64,000 nucleotides of DNA from a virus, in IMG/VR virus record IMGVR_UViG_3300043409_000956, positions 1-64,000 of that record. One strand, given 5' to 3'. The notes under the pieces were generated by a model that saw nothing but the letters and a program-made list of their open reading frames with translations, was not told where the DNA came from and made no database searches. Below are positions 1 through 9,969 of the stretch, in pieces. Made by a program: the position numbers and the translations under genes. The first letter of the stretch is position 1. Each line of letters starts with the position of its first letter.

Positions 1-2
1 CC

Positions 3-1307
3 AGTGCTGGTACCAGATTAACCACAAGATGGGACGGAACCATAGTTCCAACCGATGCCGCAGCCCGGTCCTGGTGGACCAGTGGTTCCAACAGATCTGC
101 ACAATTTGCATCAGCAGGTACTGTGGCAGTTCCGTCATACTACACAAGAGCCAACTGCAATGGATCATCCAGCACCAACTCAGTTGAGGGAGATCACGGC
201 ACACCCTGTGCAGGACAAACATACGGTAAAACTTTTGGTTGGGCATACAATGCCAACAAGTGGTTCATTGATGCCTACGGCAGTTATGGATTTGGACTCA
301 ATGTAAATCTTTATTTTGACATAATGAAAATATTCCATGTCAACAAACCCATTAATCCAACATATGGTACAAAAGATCCCACAATCTCCAGCAACAGTTG
401 GGGATTTAGAGCCACACAAGGCAGTACAGGATATTATTATTTTAGACAAGGTACATCTGGCACCGGAGGAGTAGCGTACGGTAGCAAACCGGCCTTTATG
501 ACCTATCTAGGATCTTCGGGCGACAGTGGCCGATTCAAAGGTGAGATGGTTACTAACTCACTCACTGTGGCTGGGGATGAATTAATAGCCAGTGGGGTTA
601 TATTTGTTGCGGCCGCAGGCAACAGCAACCAACAACAGTCTGGTTCAAGCAGTCCCAATTTCAACAACTATTGGTCCAGCTCAGCATCAACTCCGTTAAC
701 TAGTGCAACACATGATGAATTTGGATCTACTTGTTATAATACCACCAGTCGAAGAGGGTTTCCGCAACAGATAGGAAAATATACCGATGGTAGTGGAAAT
801 GTTGTGTATCCAGTTATCAATATTGGAGCATTAGATAAAAACTTCACAGCAGGTAGCCTAGAAAGAAAAGTTGATTACAGTGACATGGGAGATCAGATCG
901 ATTGTTACACCCCCGGAGATAACACTTTATCATCGGCAAGAACTCCGTATACCTCATACAGCCGATACGAGCAACGTGCCAGTGGCCTAACATCATATGA
1001 TACTAGCTTCAATGGTACTAGTTCTGCATGTCCAACTGCCACGGGGTTTATTGCCACTGCACTAGAAACCAACAGATCATGGACCTGGCAAAATGTGCGG
1101 ACCTGGTTACAGGGTTTAACAGAACAAGATGCCGCTACATTTTATCAAGGGCCCGACCCTGCCACAGCAACCAGCACAGACTGGAGTGACTTAAACAGCT
1201 TGATGGGCGGCACAAGAAGAGTGGCGTACAACAATATGGTCATGCTATCACTAACGGGCAATGGATTGGCAATAACAGGTAACGGAATTAGAATATCATT
1301 GGTTTAA
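3..1307 (+). CDS. Subtilisin-like S8 serine peptidase, 5'-truncated by the window edge
   Basis: Frame is open from position 3. Catalytic His motif DHGTPCAG, oxyanion motif FVAAAGNSN and catalytic Ser motif FNGTSSACP. Confidence 0.88.
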   Translation, partial: SAGTRLTTRWDGTIVPTDAAARSWWTSGSNRSAQFASAGTVAVPSYYTRANCNGSSSTNSVEGDHGTPCAGQTYGKTFGWAYNANKWFIDAYGSYGFGLNVNLYFDIMKIFHVNKPINPTYGTKDPTISSNSWGFRATQGSTGYYYFRQGTSGTGGVAYGSKPAFMTYLGSSGDSGRFKGEMVTNSLTVAGDELIASGVIFVAAAGNSNQQQSGSSSPNFNNYWSSSASTPLTSATHDEFGSTCYNTTSRRGFPQQIGKYTDGSGNVVYPVINIGALDKNFTAGSLERKVDYSDMGDQIDCYTPGDNTLSSARTPYTSYSRYEQRASGLTSYDTSFNGTSSACPTATGFIATALETNRSWTWQNVRTWLQGLTEQDAATFYQGPDPATATSTDWSDLNSLMGGTRRVAYNNMVMLSLTGNGLAITGNGIRISLV

Positions 1308-1391
1308 CAATGAATAATATACACACATAATCCAATCACAACATACTTTCCCAGAGCGATAAATAACATATAATAATGGAATCTTCGCTCT

Positions 1392-2915
1392 ATGACAACT
1401 GTTAATTTAAATAGTGTAAACACAGGCAGTACAGCCAACTCTGGTGATGGTTCTACCATTAGAGATGCGTTTACAATTGTCAACTCAAACACCAACAAAC
1501 TCAACAATCAGTTGAATGGTACTGCATCACAGGCCGACACTTACCAAGTAACCAATGTCAGTGCCACTGGCATTATCAGTGCCAACACCGGTGCTGTCTA
1601 CGGATTAAATGTTTACGGTGGAATTGTTTTCTCCCGTGGATCAGAAGTGTTAACATCCAGCTCGGGTACATGGAACGGTGGCAATGTTAGTTTATATGGT
1701 ATTTTTGCCAACACAGAACCCAGTACCAGCACAACAACAGGTATGCTTCAAGCATTTGGTGGTGTGGGTATTCGTGGCAACATCAATGTTGGTGGCACAG
1801 TCAACACTGTTGTTGGCAATTTGGCAGTTGGTGGTGTATTTTCTTCAGGTAATGCCAGTGTAGGAACTCTTAGCGCAAGTGGTGCCACCACAGTTGGGGC
1901 ATTGACTGTAGCGGGTACAACAACATTTATTGGTAATGTCACTGTGGCCAATGCCACAGTGAGTGCAACACTAACTGGCAACACTGGTATTTTTACAAAT
2001 CTAACAGGTACAAATGTTTCGTTTGGAACTTTACCGAATTTAGTGGTTGCAGGAACCAGTGCATTAAACACCGCAACAGCGGCCAGTGTACAGGCCAGTG
2101 CCATCGGCAACATAACACCGGGCTCAGGTGCGTTTACAACATTATCTGTCAGCAGTACCAGCGCACACACAGGTGCGGCAACATTCACTACACTTACATC
2201 AGGCGGAATACAATCCACAGCAATAGGTAACGTAACTCCTGGCTCAGGCGCATTTACATCTGTATTGGCCAGCAACGTAACTAGTTCTGGTAACTTGGTT
2301 ACAACCAATGGATTATTTTGGGCCAACGGTATCAACGTGCTGTCAACATTTGCGGCCGCGTCGGCACTGTATGCCAATACCAATGTGGCAGCTTATTTGC
2401 CAATATACACTGGTGCTGTGCAGGCCAGTAGCATATTGCCCAATGCCAATGTCACTGCCAACATTGGATCATCTACTGCTTGGTTCAGTAATGTGCATGC
2501 CATAACATTCCGTGGAACGTCTACCACTGCACAATACGCTGACTTGGCTGAGGTATACGAATCTGACGTTGACTATGAGCCAGGTACAGTACTGGTGTTT
2601 GGCACAGATACCGAAGTTACTATCAGTTCTAAACACGAAGATAATCGTGTTGCTGGAGTAGTTACTACCAATCCTGCTTACTTGATGAACAGTGACGCTA
2701 CAGGTGTGGCAGTGGCACTACAAGGTCGTGTACCATGTCGTGTTGTTGGCACTATTCGACGAGGTGACATGATGGTGACTAGCACAACTCCTGGCGTGGC
2801 AACCGCATGTATGCCACCGTTTGGACCACATATAGGTACTGTAATTGGTAAAGCCTTACAGAACTATGAAAGTAGCGAAGTTGGTGTAATTGAAATTGTC
2901 GTAGGCAGAGTATAA
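1392..2915 (+). CDS. Tail fibre/virion protein with a C-terminal intramolecular-chaperone (peptidase G2/IMC-like) domain
   Basis: N-terminal GSTANSGDGSTIRDAF motif typical of T4-like fibre/baseplate proteins; G/T/N-rich beta repeats; duplicated AIGN(I/V)TPGSGAFT; C-terminal YADLAEVY..YEPGTVL...GRVPCRV...IGKAL. Confidence 0.75.
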   Translation: MTTVNLNSVNTGSTANSGDGSTIRDAFTIVNSNTNKLNNQLNGTASQADTYQVTNVSATGIISANTGAVYGLNVYGGIVFSRGSEVLTSSSGTWNGGNVSLYGIFANTEPSTSTTTGMLQAFGGVGIRGNINVGGTVNTVVGNLAVGGVFSSGNASVGTLSASGATTVGALTVAGTTTFIGNVTVANATVSATLTGNTGIFTNLTGTNVSFGTLPNLVVAGTSALNTATAASVQASAIGNITPGSGAFTTLSVSSTSAHTGAATFTTLTSGGIQSTAIGNVTPGSGAFTSVLASNVTSSGNLVTTNGLFWANGINVLSTFAAASALYANTNVAAYLPIYTGAVQASSILPNANVTANIGSSTAWFSNVHAITFRGTSTTAQYADLAEVYESDVDYEPGTVLVFGTDTEVTISSKHEDNRVAGVVTTNPAYLMNSDATGVAVALQGRVPCRVVGTIRRGDMMVTSTTPGVATACMPPFGPHIGTVIGKALQNYESSEVGVIEIVVGRV

Positions 2916-2918
2916 CGT

Positions 2919-5900
2919 ATGTCAAGACCAGTATGGATCACTCCCGGAGGTAATCTCCCTATACAGCCTGAATTAGAGTTTTACACACTGCCATTACAGG
3001 TTACGAATCCAACTGGATCACCTGTCACCTTTACTTTTTTATCTGGTGAACTGCCGCCCGGATTACAAATTATACGTTCTGGTATATTACAAGGTGTACC
3101 GGTTGTATTAGATCCAAAGCCCGACGCCGAAACACGCACATATAAATTCACAATTCGAGCCAGTTGCCAAACACCAGTTGTAGTAGTGGACCGTACATTT
3201 ACATTTACAGTCAGCAATATACAACCACCAGTTATTGTTCCCGAGGAAGAGTTACTGGGCGAATTCTTTGATGGTACCAAAATTGATCTGGCTTTAGATG
3301 CCATAGAAGGAAATCCATCAGCTGTGTTGGTATGGGCCGTTAAAGATGGCGAGCTGCCGCCGGGTGTTGTATTAACTCAAGATGGTAGATTGATGGGATT
3401 TATTGGGCAGGCTGAATCGGTTACAACCGACGATAGACTTGGTTATGATGCAAGGCCGTCACAGGTACAAGTATTATTTTCTGCGGCCGCCAATGTCACT
3501 GTACCGGACAATCAATACTTTACAGGCAATGCACAACCATACAGACTAGAAACACAAACACCATTTGGTAGTCCGCAGTTGTATCAAGAACTGCCATACG
3601 ACTATAGCACATCGTTATCAACTAATAAAAATTATTCGTTTACAGTACAGGTATTTGATGGAGCCAAGTACGATACACAAACATACACAATTAAGGTTGT
3701 TTCAAAAGGTTCTTGGTCTACCGACAATGATATAAACACCATTGATGATAATATCATCACCACAGATGCTGACCAGTTATATGTTCCAATTATAACCACT
3801 GCCATTACTAGTTTGCCTGATGTACGTGAAAACAGCAACTTTGCTTTCAAGTTCAGCGCAATTGATTATTACAATACTCCGTCTCTGTATTGGTCTAGTC
3901 CCGATATGAGCGGAAATACTAATATTGCCAACTTGATTCCTGGACTAACTCTTGATTCAACCACAGGTTGGTTGTCGGGCCACATTGGAAATCAAGCTGA
4001 CTACAAGCAAACGTATACTTTTTATATAACAGCCGCCAATAACACACCAGGCACTAGTGTAATTACAGCAACATACGTTGCTGGCGGATACAGTAATACC
4101 AACTTGATTGTCAACAGCACCTCTGGTATCAGAGCTGGCATGTATGTACAATCTAATGTATACACCAACAGTCAACAAGTACTACGGGTGTTTAGTTCCA
4201 ATAACACCTTAGAGATCTCAGGTGTTGCCGCTAGTACTCCTGCAGGTAATATAACATTCAATGGCACGTTAACCAGTGCTCCAGTTGAATACCAGTTGAC
4301 TGTGTTGGGTGATGTTAATAACAAAATTGTTTGGGACACCGACAGCCTAGTTGGCACCATAGTCAACGGATCTATTAGTGAGTTAACCATTGATGCACAC
4401 AGCACATTGTATGTTGATGATGCAACTACCCCCGGTAAAAAAATGGTTTATAAAATAGTACACGGTACTGACACAGATGGATCGGCCATAACAGACACAG
4501 GATACAATACTCCAACGGAAGTTAGTTTGCCACAAGGTCTGGAACTATTACAATCCGGGCATATTGCGGGACGAGCCTCGTTTAGACATTTCCAATTGGA
4601 TGCTGGTGCTACATCAATTGATGGTGGCAGAACAAACTTTGATACCATCTACACATTCACAGTTCAAGCTGAATCTGTGGATCAGACAGTATCTGATGAA
4701 AAAACATTTACCATCAAGATTAGTAATTTATACAAAACACCTTACGAAAATTTGTATATGAAGGCACTAACAACGTTAGACCAGCGTAGATTATTCAATA
4801 ACATTCTTAAAGATCCAACTGAGGGTGGATTGTTCCCTGACGATTTAATTTATAGACTTGATGATCCAAACTTTGGTAAATCTAAAGATATTAAATTCCT
4901 AGCAGTGCCCGGTGTTGCTCCCAGTAGTCTAGAAGATTATATGTCGGCCATGCAAAAGAATTTCCAAAATAAAACAATTAAGTTTTCGGAAATCAAAACA
5001 GCCATAGCCACAGATCCAAACAATAACTATGCTGTCAAATACGAAGTAGTGTATGCCGACATTGTGGATCCATTCAATCCAGATAATGCTGACGTAGCAA
5101 TAGAGACTAATTTATATTCTACTGTAAATCATATCGAAAATCCATACTATGGCTCAAATAGTTCAGAGTATCATATACTAAATCCCAACACATTTGACAA
5201 CATGGAAACTCGTATCAGTCAGAATTTGGGTTACAGCGCACAGGGTGTTATACCCGATTGGATGACTAGTGTGCAACAAGATAAAACTGTATTGGGTTTT
5301 AAACGTGCCATAGTGTTGGCATATACCAAACCTGGAGCGGCAAAGAAAATTGCCTGGCGTGTCCAGAACAAGGGCATCACGTTAGATACTATCAACTTCA
5401 CTGCTGATCGTTACGTACTTGATAACATATTGAGTGCGTACTATAATGTTCCATCTGCTAATTTTGATTCAAGTAGACAAACAACTTTTGATTATTTGAC
5501 TCTAGTAGATTCTACGTCGTTTGATGTAGTTAACTATGCGGCCGAACAAACATTTGCCAGTATCAACAATCAACATGTTTCTTATATCGATGCCCGAGGC
5601 GGTATTGATGGAGTAACAACTTTCAGAGATGGTGATCGATTGATATTTGCCAAGCAAGAAAATTTCACAACTGATTTTTCAAATGATGGTTGGATATACT
5701 ACCGAGATTTATTTGTAGGAAATTATTCCGATGCAACTGATGATATTGATACAGCATATTTTGACTCTGCAGGATTTGATAGCTCGTATATTGTTCCGGG
5801 TTACATTGAAAAAGCCGCTAAAATACAAGAGCCTAGTTTAACTGGTGCCGTAACAGTTGGTAACCAGTACATCTATGTTCCGTATATTGTTGGTGTTAAT

Positions 5901-6782
5901 TATGTTGGTAAGATGATTAAGGCCACTAGTTTTATTGACGACAATACTGTGATCACCAGTCAAGTTGCTGACAACAGCACAGGCACATTGAGTTGGCGCC
6001 TAACATTAAATCAGATCACCATTGGTACAACTGCTGTTGGTACCACTGTTAAAATTGAATCATATTTGGTAGTTACCGCAGTCGATGGCAATGTGATAAC
6101 AGTTAATCCTGCATCATTCCCCAGTGATATTGGGGACAAGTTGGCCTTGATTGAAAATGCAGTATCTGGATATGGGATTGCAGAAGGTAGTAGAATTGCC
6201 AACATTGTTGATAATGTAATTACATTAGAAAACTATGAGTCCACATTTACAACCAGCATAAGAGTTGGTGATCTACTAGGTTATTATGTAGAGAACCAAC
6301 GAGCAGGTATTTGGGAAATACAGGTTAACGAAACTACTGATACTATTCGGTTACAGTTTGTAAAAGAACTAAGCCAAGGATCTGTAGTCAAAGTGCTAGA
6401 TGGTAGAAGTCATAGCCTAAGTTTCTTACAATATAGTCACAGTATAGAAAGCGGTCATACTGTACCAGATTTTAACAAAGTACCAAACGTTATCACGTTC
6501 AATGGCGCAGATGGTGGTAGAACTAGTTTTGACAGTAACGGAACAAAATTCCTTGATCGCAGAGATCAACCAATTTATATCCCAACAGTACCCGATGCCT
6601 GGGTTGCAAACACATACTACCCAGTGAGTAGCCGAGTACAATACCAAAATCAATATTACAGAGCCACCACAAATGTTGATGGGGCCGCGGTATTCCAGAC
6701 TGGAAAATGGGAAAAATACAACGAGTTAGAGGTCACCGGAGAAACGTACTTGAAGTTTCCGCAACTTAATGTATTCAACTAA
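2919..6782 (+). CDS. Large virion structural protein (1287 aa; putative Ig-like repeats, possible baseplate component, C-terminal CBM5/12-like module)
   Basis: Repeated GELPPGL...G.L.G.P and YTFTV segments (He_PIG-type); C-terminal WVANTYYPVSSRVQYQNQYYRA; lies among structural genes. Confidence 0.7.
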   Translation: MSRPVWITPGGNLPIQPELEFYTLPLQVTNPTGSPVTFTFLSGELPPGLQIIRSGILQGVPVVLDPKPDAETRTYKFTIRASCQTPVVVVDRTFTFTVSNIQPPVIVPEEELLGEFFDGTKIDLALDAIEGNPSAVLVWAVKDGELPPGVVLTQDGRLMGFIGQAESVTTDDRLGYDARPSQVQVLFSAAANVTVPDNQYFTGNAQPYRLETQTPFGSPQLYQELPYDYSTSLSTNKNYSFTVQVFDGAKYDTQTYTIKVVSKGSWSTDNDINTIDDNIITTDADQLYVPIITTAITSLPDVRENSNFAFKFSAIDYYNTPSLYWSSPDMSGNTNIANLIPGLTLDSTTGWLSGHIGNQADYKQTYTFYITAANNTPGTSVITATYVAGGYSNTNLIVNSTSGIRAGMYVQSNVYTNSQQVLRVFSSNNTLEISGVAASTPAGNITFNGTLTSAPVEYQLTVLGDVNNKIVWDTDSLVGTIVNGSISELTIDAHSTLYVDDATTPGKKMVYKIVHGTDTDGSAITDTGYNTPTEVSLPQGLELLQSGHIAGRASFRHFQLDAGATSIDGGRTNFDTIYTFTVQAESVDQTVSDEKTFTIKISNLYKTPYENLYMKALTTLDQRRLFNNILKDPTEGGLFPDDLIYRLDDPNFGKSKDIKFLAVPGVAPSSLEDYMSAMQKNFQNKTIKFSEIKTAIATDPNNNYAVKYEVVYADIVDPFNPDNADVAIETNLYSTVNHIENPYYGSNSSEYHILNPNTFDNMETRISQNLGYSAQGVIPDWMTSVQQDKTVLGFKRAIVLAYTKPGAAKKIAWRVQNKGITLDTINFTADRYVLDNILSAYYNVPSANFDSSRQTTFDYLTLVDSTSFDVVNYAAEQTFASINNQHVSYIDARGGIDGVTTFRDGDRLIFAKQENFTTDFSNDGWIYYRDLFVGNYSDATDDIDTAYFDSAGFDSSYIVPGYIEKAAKIQEPSLTGAVTVGNQYIYVPYIVGVNYVGKMIKATSFIDDNTVITSQVADNSTGTLSWRLTLNQITIGTTAVGTTVKIESYLVVTAVDGNVITVNPASFPSDIGDKLALIENAVSGYGIAEGSRIANIVDNVITLENYESTFTTSIRVGDLLGYYVENQRAGIWEIQVNETTDTIRLQFVKELSQGSVVKVLDGRSHSLSFLQYSHSIESGHTVPDFNKVPNVITFNGADGGRTSFDSNGTKFLDRRDQPIYIPTVPDAWVANTYYPVSSRVQYQNQYYRATTNVDGAAVFQTGKWEKYNELEVTGETYLKFPQLNVFN

Positions 6783-6783
6783 A

Positions 6784-6791
6784 TATAAATA
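6784..6791 (+). promoter_or_regulatory. T4-type late promoter TATAAATA
   Basis: Exact T4 late consensus about 25 nt before the ATG at 6817. The (A/C)TAAATA core recurs upstream of many genes (about 1360, 22680, 24678, 26076, 27941, 30352, 33381, 35015, 35921, 43822). Confidence 0.65.
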
Positions 6792-6816
6792 TAGCTAATA
6801 TCGGAGCACACATTTA

Positions 6817-7698
6817 ATGTCATCAAACATAAACCCAAATAATATTAACGGTAATTTTCCCGTTGCAGGCCAGGACAATGACAGTCAGGGTTTTCGTGAC
6901 AACTTTACCAATATTTTAAACAACTTCAGTTTTGCAGCCACAGAAATCAATGCTCTGCAAAGTACAACAGCTTCAGTTCAAACTGTTGTACAATCCAATG
7001 GCAACGTAGAAGCCTTTTACGGTAACATTGCTCAAGGGTTGACTGTAAATAACACTACACATTTAATTGGTGCGGCCACACTGGATGCTAATTTAACTGT
7101 TGCTGGAATTTCTGCATTTACTGGAAACATTTCAGTTGGTGGAGTGGCCAGTATCACCGGAAATCTAACATCAGCCAACCTAACCGTGGGCAATGTACGG
7201 TCCACCGGAAATCTTTCGTTGACCAACAACATGTCTGTGGGTGGCAATGTTGCTGTAACTGGCAATGTTGCTGTAACTGGCAATATTACACTGGCCAGTA
7301 ACCTTATTGTAACAACTGGTACTGTGGTTGGTAATTTAACTGTAACTGGAGCTGTTACTACTCCCAATTTAATTATATCAGGTAGTACTATTGCATCTGG
7401 TGGCGGGGTACAATATAATACGCCATCGGCTAACTTTACGTATTCAATGAATAGTGGTATTAGTTTCTTTATACTAAATCCAACAACCTCAATTACAAAC
7501 GGTCAAATTACCCTACCAACAGGTAATATTCAAGGTGCCATGGTAACAGTCCATACAACTCAGGCCATAACAAACTTACAGGTATTGGGAAATCCGGGCA
7601 CTGTAGTAGTACCATCGGCTAACGTTTCACTGTCAGCTGGAAATGGATCACGATACTACTACCAACAGAGCGAAGCCAAGTGGTTTAAAATCAATTAA
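6817..7698 (+). CDS. Virion structural protein with GN(V/L)xVT beta repeats
   Basis: N-terminal PVAGQDNDSQGFRDNF; 6-residue repeats; TATAAATA late-type promoter upstream. Confidence 0.6.
   Translation: MSSNINPNNINGNFPVAGQDNDSQGFRDNFTNILNNFSFAATEINALQSTTASVQTVVQSNGNVEAFYGNIAQGLTVNNTTHLIGAATLDANLTVAGISAFTGNISVGGVASITGNLTSANLTVGNVRSTGNLSLTNNMSVGGNVAVTGNVAVTGNITLASNLIVTTGTVVGNLTVTGAVTTPNLIISGSTIASGGGVQYNTPSANFTYSMNSGISFFILNPTTSITNGQITLPTGNIQGAMVTVHTTQAITNLQVLGNPGTVVVPSANVSLSAGNGSRYYYQQSEAKWFKIN
7243..7284 (+). repeat. 18-bp in-frame tandem duplication (GGCAATGTTGCTGTAACT x2.3)
   Basis: Exact repeat encoding GNVAVT GNVAVT GN. Confidence 0.9.
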
Positions 7699-7713
7699 TT
7701 GGTTATACTGAGT

Positions 7714-7742
7714 TTGACTCCTAGTGGGCTGTAGTGTATACT
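7714..7742 (+). promoter_or_regulatory. Sigma70-type promoter overlapping a terminator-like inverted repeat
   Basis: TTGACT-17 nt-TATACT; ACTCCTAGT (7717-7725) pairs with ACTAGGAGT (7750-7758), followed by a T-run. Confidence 0.7.
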
Positions 7743-7764
7743 ACTAGTTACTAGGAGTTTTTTT

Positions 7765-7890
7765 ATGAAAATTGCTTTGAGTCTATATCCTACCCAGGTC
7801 ATTGCGGAGAATGTAAATAAGTTAAACAGCCGCTATCATAGTGGCACGTTTGATCCACAGCACAAAAATAGAAAAGACGGAGATTTATAA
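7765..7890 (+). pseudogene. Remnant (C-terminal 41 aa) of a phage MazG-like NTP pyrophosphohydrolase
   Basis: MKIALSLYPTQVIAENVNKLNSRYHSGTFDPQHKNRKDGDL resembles, from recollection, the C-terminus of phage MazG-like proteins (VI..NV.KL..RYPGG.FD...SENR..GDL). The catalytic EExxE/ExGD core is absent; promoter and RBS are intact. Confidence 0.6.
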
Positions 7891-8138
7891 TGCATCCACT
7901 TAGCCCAGATTTAAGTACGCTCACAGATGATGAAGTTGCAAGAAAATTCAATGAGTTGAGCAAACGTCTGGGGCAAGCATATAGATCAGGGCCAAGTCAA
8001 ATTATTCCACAGATTCAAATGCTTATGCAAGACTATCAACAAGAGCTTGGTAACAGACAGCAAAAACTAATGACAGAAATGGAACAACGTGCTGAGAAGA
8101 ATGGCAAGGGATTTAAAGGTATTATTGATATCTCATGA
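7890..8138 (+). CDS. Hypothetical protein
   Basis: 82-aa ORF with RBS, coupled to its neighbours. Confidence 0.7.
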   Translation: MHPLSPDLSTLTDDEVARKFNELSKRLGQAYRSGPSQIIPQIQMLMQDYQQELGNRQQKLMTEMEQRAEKNGKGFKGIIDIS

Positions 8139-8659
8139 AGTATAATCAATTTGGACAAGCATACACTGACACCAATGAACTGTTTGAACTACTGTACGAA
8201 AATCCCGACTTAGACATCAGTCGTTTCCAAGTTGAGGATCCGGGACAGTATAATCAAGCAAGGGAAATTACGTACAGTGATTTTCCCATTGTGCAACGCT
8301 ATATGCCAATGGATTACAAAGAAGAAATACCCCTGGAGTTGTTTGATCACCATCAACAACAAACATGGTATATGCCAGAAGAATATAAAAAATTAGATGT
8401 TGCACAATGGTTAATGGATCAATGTGATACTGAACCAAAGTTACAGCGTGTTGGTCAAGAGTTATTACTATATCAAGAACGTGAGTTATTTGATTTATTG
8501 CGTTACCTAAAATACTTTGTAGATACCATGCGAACAAATTCGGTGGTATGGGGACTAGGTAGAGGTAGTAGTGTAGCCAGTTATGTGTTATACTTGATTG
8601 GAGTACATAAAATAGACAGCATGTATTATGATTTAGACGTGACTGAATTTTTAAGATAA
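8135..8659 (+). CDS. Stand-alone fragment of DNA polymerase III alpha (DnaE) palm region
   Basis: WGLGRGSSVASYVLYLIGVHKID matches DnaE GxGRGSxxGSLVAY.LGIT.VDP; the ORF ends before the PDID catalytic motif. Confidence 0.8.
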   Translation: MKYNQFGQAYTDTNELFELLYENPDLDISRFQVEDPGQYNQAREITYSDFPIVQRYMPMDYKEEIPLELFDHHQQQTWYMPEEYKKLDVAQWLMDQCDTEPKLQRVGQELLLYQERELFDLLRYLKYFVDTMRTNSVVWGLGRGSSVASYVLYLIGVHKIDSMYYDLDVTEFLR

Positions 8660-8682
8660 GTATACATATAACGGAGAACCAT

Positions 8683-9150
8683 ATGAGTAAACACATTTAT
8701 ACCACAGCACAAGGCAAGCAAATCGACATCGAAGGTTTGCGTGTTGCCAATGAAGAAACTATTGCAGTTGGCAACATGAAGGTCAATGCACGAGGAGACA
8801 AACTTGGAGCAGGTGGGCGAGTTGCTGAAACTCGGAATCAGTCACAAGATGCATATTATCGCCTAAACACACAGGTGCCGCAAGAAATTGCCAATCCCGA
8901 TTCCGAAGTGGCTGTTAGACAACAAGCCAGATCTGGCGCCAAGGTAACACAGGGTACACCAATGCCTGAACCGTTGGCCGAAGCGCCAACAGTAGAAGCT
9001 GACCAAGAAGAAATTGTGTCACCGACTACACCAGCAGATCCAGTTCCGCAGTTGCGTGGATCCCTGGCTTCTGCAGTGGCCGCACCCACAGTACACAAAC
9101 AAGAATTACTCAAAGACCCACGTAAACCAACAGGACCCGCAAGGATTTAA
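8683..9150 (+). CDS. Hypothetical protein
   Basis: 155-aa ORF with GGAG RBS. Confidence 0.7.
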   Translation: MSKHIYTTAQGKQIDIEGLRVANEETIAVGNMKVNARGDKLGAGGRVAETRNQSQDAYYRLNTQVPQEIANPDSEVAVRQQARSGAKVTQGTPMPEPLAEAPTVEADQEEIVSPTTPADPVPQLRGSLASAVAAPTVHKQELLKDPRKPTGPARI

Positions 9151-9151
9151 T

Positions 9152-9565
9152 ATGCCAGTAGAAGAACCGTTATTTCAAGCCAGCAACAAATATAGAGCAA
9201 CAAATCAAGTTGACGGTGTTAGAGCATTACATGACCATGTGATCGTGCGAGACATGAACTTTGGTGCAAGAAAGTTAGCCAGTGGTATTTTCTTACTCAA
9301 CGACGATGGCAAGACTGAAGGTATTCGCCCACGTTGGGCCCGGGTGTATGCTGTTGGTCCCGACCAAAAGGATGTTGCTGTTGGTCAATGGGTGTTTATC
9401 GAACACGGACGCTGGAGTCGTGGCATGGAGGTTGAAATTGACAATGAAATATTTACTCTACGCAAAGCAGATACTAAATGTATTATTTTTGTCAGCGATG
9501 AAGAACCCACTGAAGATGAAACTATCAGTGATGCAGTAATGGCAGAGCGTAAATCAAGAGATTGA
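9152..9565 (+). CDS. groES: GroES-like co-chaperonin
   Basis: RALHDHVIV...LASGIFL...ARVYAVGP...VAVGQWV pattern; likely start is MPVEE at 9152. Confidence 0.8.
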   Translation: MPVEEPLFQASNKYRATNQVDGVRALHDHVIVRDMNFGARKLASGIFLLNDDGKTEGIRPRWARVYAVGPDQKDVAVGQWVFIEHGRWSRGMEVEIDNEIFTLRKADTKCIIFVSDEEPTEDETISDAVMAERKSRD

Positions 9566-9566
9566 T

Positions 9567-9806
9567 GTGATGATCATCGACTGGAATGTGGATAAAGTCA
9601 TTGCTGATTGTCAGAAAATGTATGCGGCCGCTAACGATCCATATGTAACAGGTTGGAACAATTGGCCCTGCAAACAAGACTTGTATCGTGTAAAATTTGC
9701 AGTAGATGAGATGCTGGCAAAAACTTCTAAGTTTAGCGGTGAAGAAGAATGGTTAGAAGCATTAGAAAAAGAAAAAGTAATTAGGATATTAAAAAATGGA
9801 AATTGA
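9567..9806 (+). CDS. Hypothetical protein
   Basis: 79-aa ORF in operon. Confidence 0.65.
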   Translation: MMIIDWNVDKVIADCQKMYAAANDPYVTGWNNWPCKQDLYRVKFAVDEMLAKTSKFSGEEEWLEALEKEKVIRILKNGN

Positions 9807-9969
9807 AGTGCAACCCAAAGATACAAGTCGGGGACATTTTTATGTTAGTCTTGTAAAAAGTATTATCCGTATTGGAGCAGGAGGTTGTTTAATTATTGGT
9901 AACGTATTCTTTGCAGGCTTTTTATTAATTTTTGCAGAACTATTAGGAATTATTGAGGAACTGGTATGA
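9796..9969 (+). CDS. Small membrane protein (57 aa, not in the ORF track)
   Basis: MEIEVQPKDTSRGHFYVSLVKSIIRIGAGGCLIIGNVFFAGFLLIFAELLGIIEELV fills the gap and overlaps both neighbours. Confidence 0.7.
   Translation: MEIEVQPKDTSRGHFYVSLVKSIIRIGAGGCLIIGNVFFAGFLLIFAELLGIIEELV

Noticed and set aside
1748-2383. Long antisense ORFs (also 20220-20837 and 45330-45971)
   Set aside because: They are shadows of well-supported plus-strand genes, with no motifs or RBS.
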